From an uncultured Acidobacteriota bacterium (GTDB lineage: Bacteria; Acidobacteriota; UBA6911), in the NCBI GenBank assembly GCA_963809485.1, contig CAWEJX010000007.1, positions 160,001 through 224,000 on the forward strand: a stretch of 64,000 nucleotides of DNA. Direction: 5' to 3'. Positions 30,411 to 41,363 of the stretch are shown piece after piece. Position 1 is the first letter of the stretch; each line of letters begins with the position of its first letter. A program made the translations under genes and the position numbers. The notes below the pieces were generated by a model. The model saw only the letters and a list, made by a program, of their open reading frames with translations, was not told the DNA's origin and made no database searches.

Positions 30411-31043
30411 GTGAGCACCTCAAGTGCATCTCATAAAGCTGCGTCTTCGAGTTCTCCTTCGGCTCATGAAGTCACCGGACTGCTTCAGGCCTGGAGCAAT
30501 GGTGATGAAGCGGCTTTGGAAAAGCTGATTCCTATTGTCTATGGGGAACTGCGCCGGATAGCTCATCGCTACATGGTGCGAGAAAGAGCCGGCCATCCCT
30601 TGCAGACGACGGCGCTCGTGCATGAGGCTTATCTCAGGCTGATAGACGCCAAGTTGCTCTGGCGGAACCGCGCGCAGTTTTTCGGCATCTCGGCATGCGT
30701 AATGCGGCGCATCCTGGTGGAAATAGCCCGCTCCCGCGCTTCAAAGAAACACGGCCGGAAAAGTCTGACCATCTCGATCGCGGAAGCCGCTAGCGTCTCG
30801 AAAAGCCCCGGCTTTGGTGTCGTGGAGTTGGACCAAGCTCTTAAGGCTTTCGAAAAGGTAGATCCGAGGAGAGCGCAGGTTGTGGAGTTGCGCTTTTTTG
30901 GCGGAATGAGCATCGAGGAAACGTCGAAAATGCTTGAGGTGTCCCCCGAAACGATAATGCGTGACTGGAGGTTGGCGAAAGCCTGGCTGTTTAGGCAACT
31001 CAGCGCGGAGTCACCCTCATCCCCCATGACATCTCGGAACTAA
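30411..31043 (+). CDS. ECF sigma factor of the kinase-associated type; start uncertain
   Basis: VTGLLQAW..GD, LQTTALVHEAYLRL, VVELRFFGG, RDWRLAKAWL. Confidence 0.9.
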   Translation: MSTSSASHKAASSSSPSAHEVTGLLQAWSNGDEAALEKLIPIVYGELRRIAHRYMVRERAGHPLQTTALVHEAYLRLIDAKLLWRNRAQFFGISACVMRRILVEIARSRASKKHGRKSLTISIAEAASVSKSPGFGVVELDQALKAFEKVDPRRAQVVELRFFGGMSIEETSKMLEVSPETIMRDWRLAKAWLFRQLSAESPSSPMTSRN

Positions 31044-31099
31044 TAGGAGAGATCCGCGGAGTTATGGGAATTATTGCCTGACTTTCGTCGCAACTCTCA

Positions 31100-34000
31100 A
31101 TGAGTCCTGAACGCGCGGAAGAGGTCGCAAGGCTTTTTAACGAGGCGCTGGAATGTGAACCGGCAAAGCGTGCGGATTTCCTTGCCGAAGCCTGCGCTGG
31201 AGATGATTTGCTGCGCGTCGAGATCGAAAGCCTGCTGGAGCATGCGGAGCAGACGGCAAGCTTCATGCAGGATTCAGCCGCGGGCATGATAGTTAAGGAG
31301 CTTGCTGAAGACTCAGCCTCATCCCAAGCGCAGAAAGTCACACACGATCCAATAGAAGACGACATCACCAAAAAGCCGCGCAAACGCCCACCCTGGTGGA
31401 TGTATGCCATAGGGGCTGCTTTTTTTATCTGTGCCACAGTGCGCTACTATGCCTGCTTTATCGCGCCGGAGAACGCGGGCATTCATGTTCAAAACATTAC
31501 AGATGAAAACGGGCTGCCAACCGGCGTGGTGATCCAATCTTTGGAGTCTGATTCCGCAGCTGCAAGAGCGGGATTAAGGCCCGGGGACATAATCCTTTCC
31601 GCAAGCTCGGATGGTTTCATTCCGTCCGAGCCTCGTTTGGCTCCGCTTTACTGGGAAACCGGCCGCACATACCGCGTGCAAATCAAGCGCAAGGAAGAGA
31701 TCAAGACTATTGCCCTGACCCTCAAGCGGAATCCGTTGAGCAGTTGGTGGACAGGCCCGATGAGAGCCAATCTGGTCCTGGCGATGACTTCATTGCTGTA
31801 CCTGATTCTGGCTGCAACAGTCGGCTTCAAGCGGCCCGACAATAGTGCAGCAAGGTGGGGCGCCCTGTGGCTGGCGAATCTCACGATCACCGCAATTTAT
31901 GCGATTTACACACCCGTGGGGTGGCACAGCACTATTATGAGTTTCCCGCGTCTAATTGGCTGGTTGGCGATGTTTGTGCTGTACAGCACCGGATTTAACC
32001 AGTGGATCGGCATTACGTTTCTTGCCGTTTTCCCCCGCAGATTGTTCCATCGGCGCTGGATTTGGGCTTTGATCTGGCTCCCGGCTTTGGTGGTCATGCC
32101 GGTGACCATAGTTGTATATCCCAATCCAATGCACACATTTTCCCGCTGGTGGCCGGATTGGTATGATGGCCTATGGAGGCTTTTCGTAATTGCTGCCACG
32201 GCTGCACTGCCATGGGTCGCAATCCTAAATTATTGGCGCCTGCGGAATCCCGCTGAGAGGCGGCGGCTCCGCATTGTCCTGGCTGGTCTAACCGTTTCCG
32301 CGATTGTCGCCATCTTGTTCCTTGCCCGATTGATTCTTCTTCCATGGGAACCTGTCAGGCGCGCAGTTGCCGGCACGCCGGCGGCTGTTTGGTTCGTGTT
32401 TGCCTGCCTCTATGCGGCATTCCCGATCTCTATGGCCTACGCCATTCTTCGGCACCGGCTTTTCGACATTAGGGTGATGATCCGGCTGGCAGTGAAATAC
32501 GCCGCCGCGCGCGGAGCCTTGCTTTCGCTTGTTCCCATAATTTCAGCAGTCTTCGCAGGCGACCTGCTTCTGCACGGAAATCAGCCGTTGATGCAAATCC
32601 TCAGGGAGCGGGGCTGGATCTATGTTTTGCTTGCGATCGGCGGTTTTTTGCTGCACATTCGAAGGCGAGCCTGGCTTGATGCCCTTGACCGTCGCTTTTT
32701 CCGCGAGCACTACAACGCCCAGGCGGTATTGCGATCCGTCGTCGATGAAGTCCGTGCAGCCCGCGACTTCCAGAAAGTGGCACCCCATGTAATTTCACAA
32801 ATCCAAACTGCGCTGCATCCTGAGTTCGCCGCCCTGATGCTGCGGCGACCTGGAGATGATAGATATTCGTCCCTGACAGCATCGGACAAGTCACTTCCTG
32901 CCGTCCCCGTTCATAGCAAACTGATGGCGTTGGTTCGCGTGGTTGGCAAACCCGTAGAGGTCCCGCCGAGCCAAACGGGCTGGCCCTGGAATCAATTGCC
33001 GGAGCAGGAGATCGAATACCTGCGCGGATCCCGCATCGAGTGGATTTTTCCCATCAGTCTTGCCGAGGATCGGACCGAAGCCTTGCTCGTAATGGGGCCG
33101 AAGCGATCAGAAGAACCCTACGCGCGCGAGGATCAGGAGTTGCTGCAGGCGATCACGGGCAACTTGGCCCTGTTGCTCGAAGAAGCGCCCGCCGCCCCGA
33201 TGCGAGAGGGATTTGAAGAATGTCCCGAGTGCGGGACCTGTTACGACTCGGGCTCCGGCAGATGTGCGAAGGAAGGAGCAAGGCTCATGCCGGCAACGTT
33301 TCCGCGGCTGCTGGACCAGCGCTACCGCCTTGAGCAGAGGCTCGGCGGAGGCGGCATGGGAACCGTCTACAAGGCATTCGACACGGAACTCGAGCGGCTC
33401 GTGGCCATCAAGATGATGCGTCCGGACCTGACGGCGAGCGCCGATGCAGCGGCACGGTTCAAGCGGGAGGCAAAAGCCGCGGCAAGCTTCTCGCATCCAA
33501 ACGTGGTAACCGTTTATGACTTCGGCGCGGCGGGGAACCGGCGGGCCTATCTGGTCATGGAGTTGCTGCACGGTTCGACTCTGAGGCAGGAACTAAAACG
33601 CTGCGGCCGTTTGCCTTCCCTGCGCGTGTCAGGCATTCTCGGCGGTGTCTGCACTGCCGTTGATGCGGCGCACCAGAAGAAGCTTTTGCATCGTGATCTC
33701 AAACCTGAGAACATTTTTCTCCTGAGTTCCCGCGGCATTGAAATTGCGAAAATCCTTGACTTCGGAGTTGCGAAATCGATCGCGCTCCCAACTGCAATCG
33801 AGACTGCGGACCAGACCGATGCGGGAATGCTTGTCGGCACCCTGATGTATATGTCGCCGGAACAGCTGCGCGGCGGGAAAGCGGCCGAGAGCTGGGACCT
33901 GTGGGCTCTGGCGGTCCTGGCATACGAAATGCTGGCGGGGAACCATCCGTTTGCTGGATCCACAACACAGGAAGTGCGCAGTTCCATCCTCGCCCGGAAT

Positions 34001-34144
34001 CTAACGCCCTTACGCACATACCTGCCGAAGGCCCCGCCAAGCTGGCAGCATTTCTTCGACAAGGCGCTCGCCGACAGAGTGGAGTCCCGCCCGAATTCCG
34101 CACTCCAACTGTTTGCAGGCTTTGAGAACTACCTCCGCTCTTGA
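31100..34144 (+). CDS. Multi-domain membrane Ser/Thr protein kinase
   Basis: N-terminal ER..RLF.EALE...C.GD..LR.E.ESLL; PDZ-like SAAARAGLRPGD; many TM segments; CPECG; kinase motifs LGGGGMG, VAIK, HRDLKPEN, DFG, YMSPE. Confidence 0.9.
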   Translation: MSPERAEEVARLFNEALECEPAKRADFLAEACAGDDLLRVEIESLLEHAEQTASFMQDSAAGMIVKELAEDSASSQAQKVTHDPIEDDITKKPRKRPPWWMYAIGAAFFICATVRYYACFIAPENAGIHVQNITDENGLPTGVVIQSLESDSAAARAGLRPGDIILSASSDGFIPSEPRLAPLYWETGRTYRVQIKRKEEIKTIALTLKRNPLSSWWTGPMRANLVLAMTSLLYLILAATVGFKRPDNSAARWGALWLANLTITAIYAIYTPVGWHSTIMSFPRLIGWLAMFVLYSTGFNQWIGITFLAVFPRRLFHRRWIWALIWLPALVVMPVTIVVYPNPMHTFSRWWPDWYDGLWRLFVIAATAALPWVAILNYWRLRNPAERRRLRIVLAGLTVSAIVAILFLARLILLPWEPVRRAVAGTPAAVWFVFACLYAAFPISMAYAILRHRLFDIRVMIRLAVKYAAARGALLSLVPIISAVFAGDLLLHGNQPLMQILRERGWIYVLLAIGGFLLHIRRRAWLDALDRRFFREHYNAQAVLRSVVDEVRAARDFQKVAPHVISQIQTALHPEFAALMLRRPGDDRYSSLTASDKSLPAVPVHSKLMALVRVVGKPVEVPPSQTGWPWNQLPEQEIEYLRGSRIEWIFPISLAEDRTEALLVMGPKRSEEPYAREDQELLQAITGNLALLLEEAPAAPMREGFEECPECGTCYDSGSGRCAKEGARLMPATFPRLLDQRYRLEQRLGGGGMGTVYKAFDTELERLVAIKMMRPDLTASADAAARFKREAKAAASFSHPNVVTVYDFGAAGNRRAYLVMELLHGSTLRQELKRCGRLPSLRVSGILGGVCTAVDAAHQKKLLHRDLKPENIFLLSSRGIEIAKILDFGVAKSIALPTAIETADQTDAGMLVGTLMYMSPEQLRGGKAAESWDLWALAVLAYEMLAGNHPFAGSTTQEVRSSILARNLTPLRTYLPKAPPSWQHFFDKALADRVESRPNSALQLFAGFENYLRS

Positions 34145-34360
34145 GCTTCCCTGCGGGATCGCTTGCGGCTGGGATGCCAGGAACTTTATGTATCGGCAAA
34201 CATGGGAACAGGCTATGCAATTCCCTAGTTCGGCACCAGAAGGGAAATAGGAAATTTCATAGCCTGTCTCAATAGTGGTTTCACCGATCTATATCCTCAA
34301 AATCCGTGAGATCAGTAGCTGCTTTTTGTTAATACATACAAGCTAGCGCTGCTTCAGATC

Positions 34361-35537
34361 GGTCCTTCCGTCATCTACTGTTGTTACGCTGCCATTTTCT
34401 GTTCTCTGACTCTACTTAAAGCTGCCTTTATGTAAATAAAAATGATCACAAAAGAATTCGCCGCTGCTCAGCCATGAATACCTCCCTGAAGCTGAGTCGT
34501 TTGGAGACTAATCCGGCCTGCATGGCCGGTGTCCGGACCTCGCGACCGAATTTCAGCGCCCTGTGAGGCCTGACGAAATTGTAATGGCAGCGAAGCAACT
34601 CGAGATGATCTTCGAGACGTTCCTTCCATCGTGCCTGACATATCGTCCGCCGGCAAAGATACGCCGAGCCCTGTCGGATCGTCAAATTCAGCCGTTCGAT
34701 AAAGTAGGTGTTCCGCTTCGAGGAATCCTCGGAGTTGCGCAATGCCTGTTCGAATCGCCAGGCAGCGCCGATCACGGCTCTTCGCTCAACTTTGATAACA
34801 CAATCGTTCCTGCGGGTTTTAATGACCTGGCCATACAAACACGCTTGCCCAAAGACACGGCGGACAACTTTCGCATAAAAAGCAAATCCGTCCGTGGCAA
34901 TTAGAGGGACACGCACCAGATTGGATTGACTGGAGATATCTCGAAAGAGGGTAAGTGTGTTTCGATAGCTTCGTCTTCAAACGACTGTTGAAGGCCAAAG
35001 CCGGGACCAGACCTCCATCGCGGCAAATATCAAAATCGGCTGTTCCTTGCCGCGGATGAAAGCACGAATCTCATCTGCCTGAAGCTTTGAGATGGCGACC
35101 CTATCAATTTTTTGATCGTTGAAACGTTGACAAGAAGCGGCTGCCTTTTCGAGCCAGCGATTGACGGTATTCCAAGCAATGCGCTTTACCCGGGCAATCG
35201 CGGACTTGTTCAGTCCCTCAACGCTGAGATTGACAACATCATCGAAAGCTGTGCGTCGGTGTTGGATTCGATGGCAGGGTGTTCCGGAATTGGAGCAGAA
35301 GGTCTTTCCACAAGTCTGGCATCGGTAACGACGACGCTTTCCCCACTTGGTTTTGTAGAATCCGTGGCCGATGATGTTTCCGGCTCTATTCGACCCGGAT
35401 CCTGCGCATTGCACGTTTGGACACCTGAGACCCATTATTGCTCCTCGACGATGAACTGATCGCCTGGAATTGAGTCTCAAATCATACTACGTGCATAAGT
35501 TGTGATTTTGTCACCAACAGTAGATTGCGGAAGTACC
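34361..35537 (-). mobile_element. IS1-family element, transposase inactivated
   Basis: IRs GGTCCTTCCGTCATCTACTGTTG / GGTACTTCCGCAATCTACTGTTG; Zn ribbon-HTH-DDE ORF from 35435 with GGA>TGA at 34977. Confidence 0.85.
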
Positions 35538-35664
35538 TCGGCATGAGCGTCAAGGTCGTCCAGATATATCCCGGCAGGTGGAAGAAAACATCTTCGCAAC
35601 CAGTTAAGTTTCTTCAGGAGGCCGCATCCGAAGGGTGGCCAAGTATGTCACCGCCAAAGCAAGG

Positions 35665-35859
35665 CTATTGGATAACTTCCTTGACTCGTCCAACGATTCC
35701 GTTGTTGAGCATGACCTTGATGCCGTGAGGATGGTGAGGGGAGTTGGTAAGTATTCTTTGAACGATTCCTTCTGTGAGTTTCCCGCTGGGCTGGTTCTGC
35801 TTTTCAACCACGCGCACCTTCATTCCAGGTTGGATCTGAGATCGAGTTTGGCCATTCAT
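35665..35859 (-). CDS. YwbE/DUF2196 family protein
   Basis: GKLTEGIV.RILTNSPHHPHGIKVML..GIVGRV. Confidence 0.9.
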   Translation of the reverse strand: MNGQTRSQIQPGMKVRVVEKQNQPSGKLTEGIVQRILTNSPHHPHGIKVMLNNGIVGRVKEVIQ

Positions 35860-36000
35860 GATTTCATTATGGCCCAAGGCTCCGTGACATGCATCGGTAA
35901 ATCACAATGGATCGGTAATAACTAAACCGCAATGCCGACTGGAACTCCAGTGGAACCCCAGAAGGATTTTGAGTTTTTGTGGATTTCCGTAAGTCTTTTG

Positions 36001-36052
36001 TTTTATTGGTGGAGCTGGCGGGGATCGAACCCGCGACCTCCTGACCGCCAGT
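36001..36052 (-). repeat. att site: tRNA-Ala 3' half, variant allele
   Basis: Matches 53396-53447 except a compensatory T-stem pair (GCGGG/CCCGC) and one anticodon-loop change. Confidence 0.92.
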
Positions 36053-36528
36053 TTTTAACCAAGTGTTGAGCCCATTGAATTTACAGGACTTAACCCGGCA
36101 CAGAGCGGCAAAAAAACACAACAAATGCAACCCAGGCGCAACCAAGTGGGGGGGAGGTCCGAGACCTTGCCAGGGTAGGGCCCCATTCAACATATGCACA
36201 ATCGCAATTTTTTTGGCTCTTATTCCGCGTGTGGCAACTGGCGACACGCGGGATTCTCAAATTATTGACATGAGGACGGCTTGCATTATTACAACCAGAT
36301 TAGGTAATTAGAAGATTCAGATTTACATCCCGATCGCCTCATGACCAAGGGGCTTGCAGGCGGGCATATCAGCATAATAATGCAGCCAATTTAACCCAAT
36401 TTTGCTCTTGACCGATTATTTCCCAGAACGCGACTTGAACGTAGCCGCTGCGCGGCGGACGCTTCGCGTCTTTACACGAACATGGAGGTGAAGAATGACG
36501 ATATCGTGAGTCATACAAGGAGAAAACC

Positions 36529-37395
36529 ATGACTCATTTAAGAACGATTACGATCGAAGAACTCGTGCGACGGAACTATTCCGACGCCACGCGTGAATGC
36601 TACATCCGAGGCATCGAAGATTTTGCATTATATTTCAACTGCCCTCCAGACAAATTAGGCCTGGAACACATCCGGCACTACCAAGCACACCTGTTCACTG
36701 ACAAGAAACTATCTCCTAACACGGTCAACCAGCGCCTTGCTGCCCTGCGTTTCTTCTTCGTAAAGACCCTGCATCGGCCATGGAACACGGCAGAAACTCC
36801 TTATCCAAAAAGAGTGATCAGTTTGCCGCACATATTGAGCCCTGAAGAAGTCGGTCTTCTGATCGAATCCGCTGATCTCCCGTTTCACCGTGTAATACTG
36901 ATGACGTTGTATGCCACCGGAGTGCGGCGTGCTGAGCTGGCAAATATGCGAATTAGCGACATTGACAGCAAAAGAATGGTCATTAGAGTCCGCGGCAAAG
37001 GACTGAAAGATCGCGAGGTGATGCTCAGCAAGGTGTTGTACGAAGCGCTGCGCGAACATTGGAAACAACACCGACCAAAAGAGTGGCTGTTTCCGGGAGG
37101 AAGACATCATACATCCTCAACCCCGATCACGACTAAAGTCCCATGGCAGGCGTGTCTGCGAGCCGCGAAACGATGCGGGCTTGTAAAGAAGGTCCACCCG
37201 CATGTTTTACGGCATTGCTTCGCCACTCATTTGCTCGATGCCGGTACGGATTTGCGTACCATTCAGAAATTGCTGGGGCACAGCAGCCTTGAACAAACGG
37301 CGCGCTATCTTCACGTATCAAAACTGCATTTGAGCGCAGCCGTTAGTCCGCTCGATGCTTTGTTTCCAAATAAAACAACCAATCCGAACGAATAA
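36529..37395 (+). CDS. Tyrosine recombinase of an IS91-like two-gene element
   Basis: LYATGVRRAE, HVLRHCFATH, LLGH, TARY. Confidence 0.93.
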   Translation: MTHLRTITIEELVRRNYSDATRECYIRGIEDFALYFNCPPDKLGLEHIRHYQAHLFTDKKLSPNTVNQRLAALRFFFVKTLHRPWNTAETPYPKRVISLPHILSPEEVGLLIESADLPFHRVILMTLYATGVRRAELANMRISDIDSKRMVIRVRGKGLKDREVMLSKVLYEALREHWKQHRPKEWLFPGGRHHTSSTPITTKVPWQACLRAAKRCGLVKKVHPHVLRHCFATHLLDAGTDLRTIQKLLGHSSLEQTARYLHVSKLHLSAAVSPLDALFPNKTTNPNE

Positions 37396-38607
37396 ATGGA
37401 CCGGCCGCCAATCGAGGTGGCCGATATTGTCCGCGCCGTTGGAAAAAGCTTCGTCGAAAATAGCCGCGACTGGATCACAGGGCAGCACTTAAAAGTCCTG
37501 AGAGCGATCGAGCGCTGCCGCACGGCTGATCTCGGCTATCACTTGGATGAGTGCACGAATACGGAATGCGGATATTCCGGCTACTCCTACAACTCATGTG
37601 CCAATAGGCATTGTCCTAAATGCCAGGCCAACGCCCGCCGTCGTTGGATCAATGGACGGAAGAAAGAGCTTCTTCCAGTTCCCTATGCGCATGCTGTATT
37701 TACAGTGCCGCCTCTTTTGGCTCAACTCGCATTGCAAAACAAGAAGCTCATCTACGCAATGCTGCTTCGGCTCAGCGCTGAAACGCTGATTGAGGTCGCC
37801 CGCAATCCCAAATTCCTGGGAGCGGAGATTGGCTTCTTCAGCGTGCTTCATACTTGGACTCAGCAATTGAAGCATCATCCACATGTTCACTGCGTAGTTC
37901 CTGCCGGTGGATTATCGTTTGATCATCAGCGCTGGGTTCCTGCGGATCCGCGCTACCGGTTCTTTCTGCCGAAGGGGGCACTGCGGAAGGTTTTTCGGGG
38001 AAAGGTCAGGGAGGCCCTCGAAGAAGCTTTTGCTAAAGGGGAAATCGGCTTTTACGGAAAGCTGAAGCATCTTTCAGATCCGAAGACGTTTCATTCCTTC
38101 ATCCGCGACCTCCACCGTAACCAATGGGTTGTTCACTGCAAGCGGCCATTCGGCGGGCCGGAGCAGGTTCTCAAGTATCTCGGCCGCTACACTCATCGAG
38201 TAGCCATTTCCAACCATCGCCTGGTTTCTTTCGAGAATGGAGAGGTTACATTCACATGGAGGGACCGCGCGCATGGAAACATCGAAAAAAAGATGCCATT
38301 ACCCGCAGAGCAATTCCTGCGTCGCTTTCTGCTCCATCTGCTTCCAAGGGGTTTTGTACGCATTCGCAATTTCGGCTTTCTTGCGAGTCGGCACCGGAGT
38401 CGTTTACTGCCGCTTTGTTTCCAGTGTCTCGGATCTGATCCCAATGCACTCCCAAACGAAGCTCAGCCGGAAGATACAAACGGTCTTTGGAAGTGTCCGA
38501 AATGCGGCGGCCCTATGATCGTGGTTTTGCGAGTCAATGCTCCAAAGTGGCGTCCGCGGCCGCCGCCAGTTTCATTCGTTTGGGGATCCGAATCCAAATC
38601 CCAGTAA
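37396..38607 (+). CDS. IS91-family Y2 transposase with a zinc-binding domain
   Basis: YNSCANRHCPKCQ, HTW, HPHVH, YLGRY, RFLLHLLP.GF.RIR.FG. Confidence 0.93.
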   Translation: MDRPPIEVADIVRAVGKSFVENSRDWITGQHLKVLRAIERCRTADLGYHLDECTNTECGYSGYSYNSCANRHCPKCQANARRRWINGRKKELLPVPYAHAVFTVPPLLAQLALQNKKLIYAMLLRLSAETLIEVARNPKFLGAEIGFFSVLHTWTQQLKHHPHVHCVVPAGGLSFDHQRWVPADPRYRFFLPKGALRKVFRGKVREALEEAFAKGEIGFYGKLKHLSDPKTFHSFIRDLHRNQWVVHCKRPFGGPEQVLKYLGRYTHRVAISNHRLVSFENGEVTFTWRDRAHGNIEKKMPLPAEQFLRRFLLHLLPRGFVRIRNFGFLASRHRSRLLPLCFQCLGSDPNALPNEAQPEDTNGLWKCPKCGGPMIVVLRVNAPKWRPRPPPVSFVWGSESKSQ

Positions 38608-38834
38608 TGCAAGAGACGGCATTCGTCTGCCTTGAAGAAGGAAATATCATTCTTATGCAGCATTTATGGAAACATTTCAGATGAAAAAACATCGCAGCAG
38701 CAGCTTTTCCCGCTCATTTCCTCAGCGCCACGATTCAATTCGGCAGCCTTCCGGCAGCTTTCATACTATTGAAAGTACATACCCACAGTTGCTTTAGGTC
38801 CACCTGCCGCCGCTTCGCCGTCAACCTTCAAGTC

Positions 38835-38908
38835 GTTTTATCGAAAGCGCACGCGAATCGTGGCTGGAGCTATGTTATTTTGTGTCGTGAGTGCGCTTCC
38901 GATAAAAC
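38835..38908. repeat. Long hairpin, probable right end of the IS91-like element
   Basis: GTTTTATCGaAAGCGCAC ... GTGCGCTTcCGATAAAAC. Confidence 0.6.
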
Positions 38909-39459
38909 CTAGGACTTCGGGACAATGACAACCTTGGGACGCTCAGCGCTGACATACCGGCCAGTGGTTGGGACTGCAGCAATGTTAAGGGCCGATCGGC
39001 GGGATCTGTCTGTCCGGCATCCATTTCTGGGCGTATCGTCCTGTTAAAGCAGCTTGAGTGTGGTGCAGGTTGCAGGATCCACGAGGTACCACTTTCCGCC
39101 GCTCTTTATATGGCGCGAGAGCATTTCTCCCGAACCGTCCGCAGGCCGCCAAAACATCAATCCTACGGCCACGTTTCCTTGGACGCTTGGTTGGCGGATC
39201 ACCAATCCGGACACTCCCGAGGAAATAGCTTCGTGGTAGAATTGACCGGGGTGGCCGCGGTACAGATTTAGGCATGTCTCTTCGCCAAAGGAAACCGAAT
39301 GTATTTGCGAACAGGATCGGTCCCGATAACGTGCCGTGCTTTTGGAATATCCAGTTGCTCACGGCTTGCGGCGGTAGGGGAGGTACCGAGAGGCTGGCCG
39401 CCGACCCCTCCGGCGGTCGCCTATTCTTTACACCAACTCACTCATGGAGGACTTAGACG

Positions 39460-39846
39460 ATGAAAACTCTACAATTGGCACTTCTGGCGGTATTTCTGGT
39501 AGCCGGCGTTTCTGTTGTCTCTTTGAATGCTGCAGATGACCCCTTAAACGGCACCTGGGCGGGCGATTGGGGACCGAGTGTGACTGACCGCAATCAGGTC
39601 ACTGTTGAGCTGAAATGGGATGGAAAGAACCTAACCGGAACCGTTAATCCCGGTGCGAATGCAGTCGAGCTCAAAAAAGCCACCTTTGATCCCAAAACAG
39701 ATGCCATTCACTTTGAGGCTGATGCAACAAACCGCAGAGGAAATCAGATCCACTACGTGATCGACGGGAAGGTTGAGGGCGGCACGATGACGGGCACTTG
39801 GAAACACGATAATCGAAACGGCGATTTTAAGATTACGAAGAAGTAG
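39460..39846 (+). CDS. Hypothetical exported protein
   Basis: GGAGG RBS, signal peptide, GTW.G beta-repeat pattern. Confidence 0.75.
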   Translation: MKTLQLALLAVFLVAGVSVVSLNAADDPLNGTWAGDWGPSVTDRNQVTVELKWDGKNLTGTVNPGANAVELKKATFDPKTDAIHFEADATNRRGNQIHYVIDGKVEGGTMTGTWKHDNRNGDFKITKK

Positions 39847-40436
39847 CGGCGGCTTGGAAGGTCTCCGGATGTATTACGGTTCTGCTTCAAAGGCACCGGC
39901 CAGGATTTGATCTACAGCCTTGCGCCGGTGCCGAATTCCCGCTCGCACTATGACGCAGGTCCGCCGGCTGCCAGGAATCATCGCGGGCATAGTTTCCCAG
40001 ATCGGACTTCTGGCCCGGAATTATGGCCGAACCGCTCTCGCCACTTCACCCGCATCCGTTTCTTCAGTTCTTCAAACTGGTTCAGAACGATGTTGATCCG
40101 CTGGAGCACTGACAAACTATTGATCAAGACCCTCATTGGCATCAACAGTGAATGGGCTCAGTCTTTGCGTTGAACTCCTGAGCAAAAACGACACCCCACA
40201 ATAGTTATACAGAACGTCCGATTTCCATTTTTTCATGTGGGGCGGCTCTGGAGAGCCGCCCCACATGAAAGCTTGGGTCAGGCGCTATCCGAGCCGGGAT
40301 GGCAACGATCAGTCCTTGGTGCCCCATTGCAATATGAGCATTCATTTATGACGCTCTGTATAGTATTAATAAAAGATGCAAGTTCTTATGAATTTTGTTA
40401 TAAAACAGCTCGACATCAAGGAACTAGGGGGAGAGT

Positions 40437-41282
40437 ATGGACACAATCAGTATGGGGCACCTGGCACAGCAGGGATATGCGCTGTTGATTACGTTCGGCA
40501 TCAAGATTCTAGAAGCCTTTGCGCTGTGGATCGTGGGCCGCTGGCTGATCCGATTTTCCATCCGCCTGATCGGCCGTGCTATGACAAGGCAGAAAATCGA
40601 TCCAACCTTGATTCGCTACATCAATAACACGATCACAAGCATTCTGACTATTGTGCTGGTGGTTGCGATCCTGGGCTTCTTCGGGGTCGAGACGACAAGC
40701 TTCGCTGCACTACTCGCAGCTGCCGGCGTAGCCATCGGCATGGCGTGGAGCGGATTGCTAAGCAATTTCGCCGCTGGGGTGTTCCTCATTATTCTGCGCC
40801 CATTCAAAACAGGAGACTTCGTGGTGGCCGGTGGAGTTACGGGCACGGTGGAAGAGGTTGGGCTTTTCGTGACCTCGATCAACGCTCCTGACAATATCCG
40901 GAACATTGTCGGAAATGGCAAGATTTTCGGCGACGTCATCCAAAACTTCTCGACAAACGCATTTCGCCGCGTCGATTTGACTGCACAACTGTCGCACGGA
41001 GTAGATCCGCACCAGGCGATAGCTGTCCTGAAGGCTGGGCTTGTGAGTATTCCAAACGTGTTGGCCGATCCAGCACCTAGCGTCGAGATCCTGACCTTCA
41101 GCCTGGCTGGCCCGATGTTGGCGGTACGTCCGTTCTGCAAAAACCAGGATTACTGGCAAGTGTATTTCGACACCAACATGCTGATTAAGGATTCATTTAC
41201 GACGGCAGGGTTTTCGGTTCCTGAACAGCACTATATGGTTCGCACTGCAGCTCCCGGTGCAATCGCAGCGTCGCATTCCTAG
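40437..41282 (+). CDS. mscS: Small-conductance mechanosensitive channel
   Basis: SNFAAGV, RPFKTGD, GTVEEVGLF, RRVD. Confidence 0.93.
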   Translation: MDTISMGHLAQQGYALLITFGIKILEAFALWIVGRWLIRFSIRLIGRAMTRQKIDPTLIRYINNTITSILTIVLVVAILGFFGVETTSFAALLAAAGVAIGMAWSGLLSNFAAGVFLIILRPFKTGDFVVAGGVTGTVEEVGLFVTSINAPDNIRNIVGNGKIFGDVIQNFSTNAFRRVDLTAQLSHGVDPHQAIAVLKAGLVSIPNVLADPAPSVEILTFSLAGPMLAVRPFCKNQDYWQVYFDTNMLIKDSFTTAGFSVPEQHYMVRTAAPGAIAASHS

Positions 41283-41363
41283 TATCTCCCGAATTGCGCG
41301 GGACGTGCCGCTCGCGAACACAATGGACAACCCGTTTTTCGGCGTTACGCAAGCGAACAGACT

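Noticed and set aside
34977-34979. Selenocysteine recoding of in-frame TGA codons, prompted by the yqeB gene
   Set aside because: The TGAs in the IS1 copies align with Gly or Arg in the sister copy, not Cys, so they are nonsense mutations
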